This document shows positions 25,817 through 27,386 of a DNA stretch of 27,386 nt, one piece after another (positions within the stretch are counted from its first letter, which is position 1; each line of letters opens with the position of its first letter). The notes below the pieces were generated by a model that was not told the origin of the DNA, made no database searches, and saw nothing but the letters and a program-made list of their open reading frames with translations. The DNA comes from an uncultured Bryobacteraceae bacterium (lineage in GTDB: Bacteria; Acidobacteriota; Terriglobia; Bryobacterales; Bryobacteraceae). The position numbers were made by a program, and so were the translations under genes. The stretch is taken from the NCBI GenBank assembly GCA_964249415.1, contig CAXUCT010000006.1, positions 1-27,386 of the forward strand. The letters are read 5' to 3'.

Positions 25817-27386
25817 TGATTCACCTCTCGGACGGCCGCGAAGCGCTTAACGGGCAGAAAGGGCGGCGCCTGGATCGGGTCGATGGCGACCGGCGGAGGA
25901 GGCTGTGAGGTTGCAAAGCGCGACTGCTGATACAGTTGCAGAACTTGGCTGTTCAGCGGCTCATCATCAAACCACGCGCGGAATGAAAGAATGTCGCCAT
26001 TATTGACCGCATGAGTGAATTCGCTCCACTGATTCGGATCGTTGGGGTTATTCGTTAGGTCATGATTCGGGGCGTCGCCCACGTAAGTAACGCTGAAGGC
26101 GTTCGGCCATATCGTCTTTGCATCGGGCGGCGTGTGAAGCGGCTTATACGGTGCCCAGAAGCTCGCTAACGGGGCCGTGTAAGCATAGTCTTTCGGCCAG
26201 ATGTTTTCGGGAATAATCAACACGTTGGGCAGCGCTTGTTGCACCTGTTGAAAAGTTGACGGCGCGGTGGAGTTGTCGGGCCTGTCGTCGGAATCCACAT
26301 AGAACAGCGTGCAACCCCAGCGGTTGTAAGCGTACTGAATCTTGCTGATCATGACGCCCGCTTCGTTTTGGATAGGGACTGAATCCTGATTGGGCGGCGA
26401 CACGGAGAAATTCAGCTGCTGTGGACGAATGGTCATGCCGCAGCGCAACCCCGCACTCGTGAAGCGCGCGAAGAAGGCGTCCGCCACTCCGTTCATCTCG
26501 GGAGACATGTTAGGTAACTGCGAAGGATCTCCAACATAACTGGTATTCGGCTGCGGATACTGTTGCCCTTCGAGATCCCAGACGATGGCCCCCTGCGCGT
26601 TCATGTTCTTGAGAATCTGGACGGAGTTGTCGGCATAAGACAACACAGCCTGCTGGAAGGCGCTGAGACCCGCGGCGTTTTGGATATTGATGTTCTGGGC
26701 AACAGTGTAATTGCGCGGATTGGGATTCGACGGAGAGAGGGCCGACGAAGTGGGATTCGTCATGAATAGCTCACCGATAGGGCGGCGATCAGTCCAATTG
26801 AGTGTTTGCGGCCAGGTTTGGCCGAAGGTGGTTAATACATCGCCTGCAATGGCGTGATAATCGGTGCCCGATGGCGCGAAACGCAAGGAGAAAGAGTACA
26901 CGTCTGTTTGGCCCGGCGCAACCGGTCGGCTGACAGGGACTGAGGTCGCGAGAAAGCCTTCGGCGCCCTCGTTGTTCGTCGATACTTCCATCTCGTAGTG
27001 ATTGGCCGCGCCAGATGGGCTGAAGCCCAAATACAGCGGTTTAGCATCGCTATCGGCGAGCACCAACATGCCCGAGCCCCAGTCCGCTGGGATCAGAACC
27101 GGAGCGTCCAGGTTGTTATGGAATTGAGGGTAGTTGGCTGCTCCAAATTGCGATGGCAAGCTGGGGAACTGAAGACCGAAGGGAAAGATATCGATTCCAC
27201 TCAGTGTTTGGTCGCTGGTGTTGGTCACGCTCAAGGTGACGGCGAGGTTGCTGCCGCCAGCCGGCGTTGTGAACTGGCACGTCACGTGGCCCCAACTCCA
27301 GGACCAGGTAAGCGTATCGGTCCCCGGATTCCAGACAGCAGTATTGCCGATACCGCCCCAACCCCCGCCCGTGCCGAGAGTGTACC
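25813..27386 (-). CDS. Uncharacterised glycoside-hydrolase-like protein, paralog of 15147-16748 (5'-partial; frame is open to the window edge)
   Basis: Upstream of the ORF-track GTG (27285) the frame continues without a stop (YTLGTGGGWGGIGNTAVWNPGTDTLTWSWSWGH). Shares LNWxDRRxIG, QGAIxWDxEG, YxGDP, PEM, RPQQL, RWGxTxFYxDS and GDxLxxRxW with 15147-16748. Confidence 0.8.
   Translation of the reverse strand, partial: YTLGTGGGWGGIGNTAVWNPGTDTLTWSWSWGHVTCQFTTPAGGSNLAVTLSVTNTSDQTLSGIDIFPFGLQFPSLPSQFGAANYPQFHNNLDAPVLIPADWGSGMLVLADSDAKPLYLGFSPSGAANHYEMEVSTNNEGAEGFLATSVPVSRPVAPGQTDVYSFSLRFAPSGTDYHAIAGDVLTTFGQTWPQTLNWTDRRPIGELFMTNPTSSALSPSNPNPRNYTVAQNINIQNAAGLSAFQQAVLSYADNSVQILKNMNAQGAIVWDLEGQQYPQPNTSYVGDPSQLPNMSPEMNGVADAFFARFTSAGLRCGMTIRPQQLNFSVSPPNQDSVPIQNEAGVMISKIQYAYNRWGCTLFYVDSDDRPDNSTAPSTFQQVQQALPNVLIIPENIWPKDYAYTAPLASFWAPYKPLHTPPDAKTIWPNAFSVTYVGDAPNHDLTNNPNDPNQWSEFTHAVNNGDILSFRAWFDDEPLNSQVLQLYQQSRFATSQPPPPVAIDPIQAPPFLPVKRFAAVREVNH

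Noticed and set aside
1-27386. CRISPR arrays, IS/transposases, integrases, tRNA/rRNA, tandem repeats, ops/JUMPStart element
   Set aside because: None recognised. Nearly all of the sequence is covered by motif-supported CDSs and spacers are under 100 nt. A formal scan was not run.

Overview
A dense, almost entirely + strand surface-polysaccharide/glycoconjugate biosynthesis locus of about 19 genes, many overlapping or abutting. It is GC-rich by eye, and the gene families and style suggest Acidobacteriota (inference, not tested). Left part (1-8945): four GT4 glycosyltransferases, a Wzy-like polymerase, a WcaF-like acetyltransferase, a GDP-mannose 3,5-epimerase-like SDR and a WecA-type initiating transferase with a C-terminal extension. 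Right part (8959-25816) looks like an extracytoplasmic glycan-tailoring module. It has four GT-C-like multi-TM proteins (one interrupted by an in-frame TAA), two GtrB-like polyprenol-phosphate GT2s (one with degenerate catalytic motifs, coupled to an FAD oxidoreductase), a HAD + UbiA (DPPR-synthase-like) pair separated only by an in-frame TAG, an acyltransferase-3, a PQQ dehydrogenase with an unusual internal hydrophobic insertion, and two paralogs of an uncharacterised glycoside-hydrolase-like family. The second paralog is on the - strand and runs off the window. I saw no rRNA, tRNA, CRISPR array, mobile element or long repeat. All functional calls come from motif recognition by eye; no database search was run.
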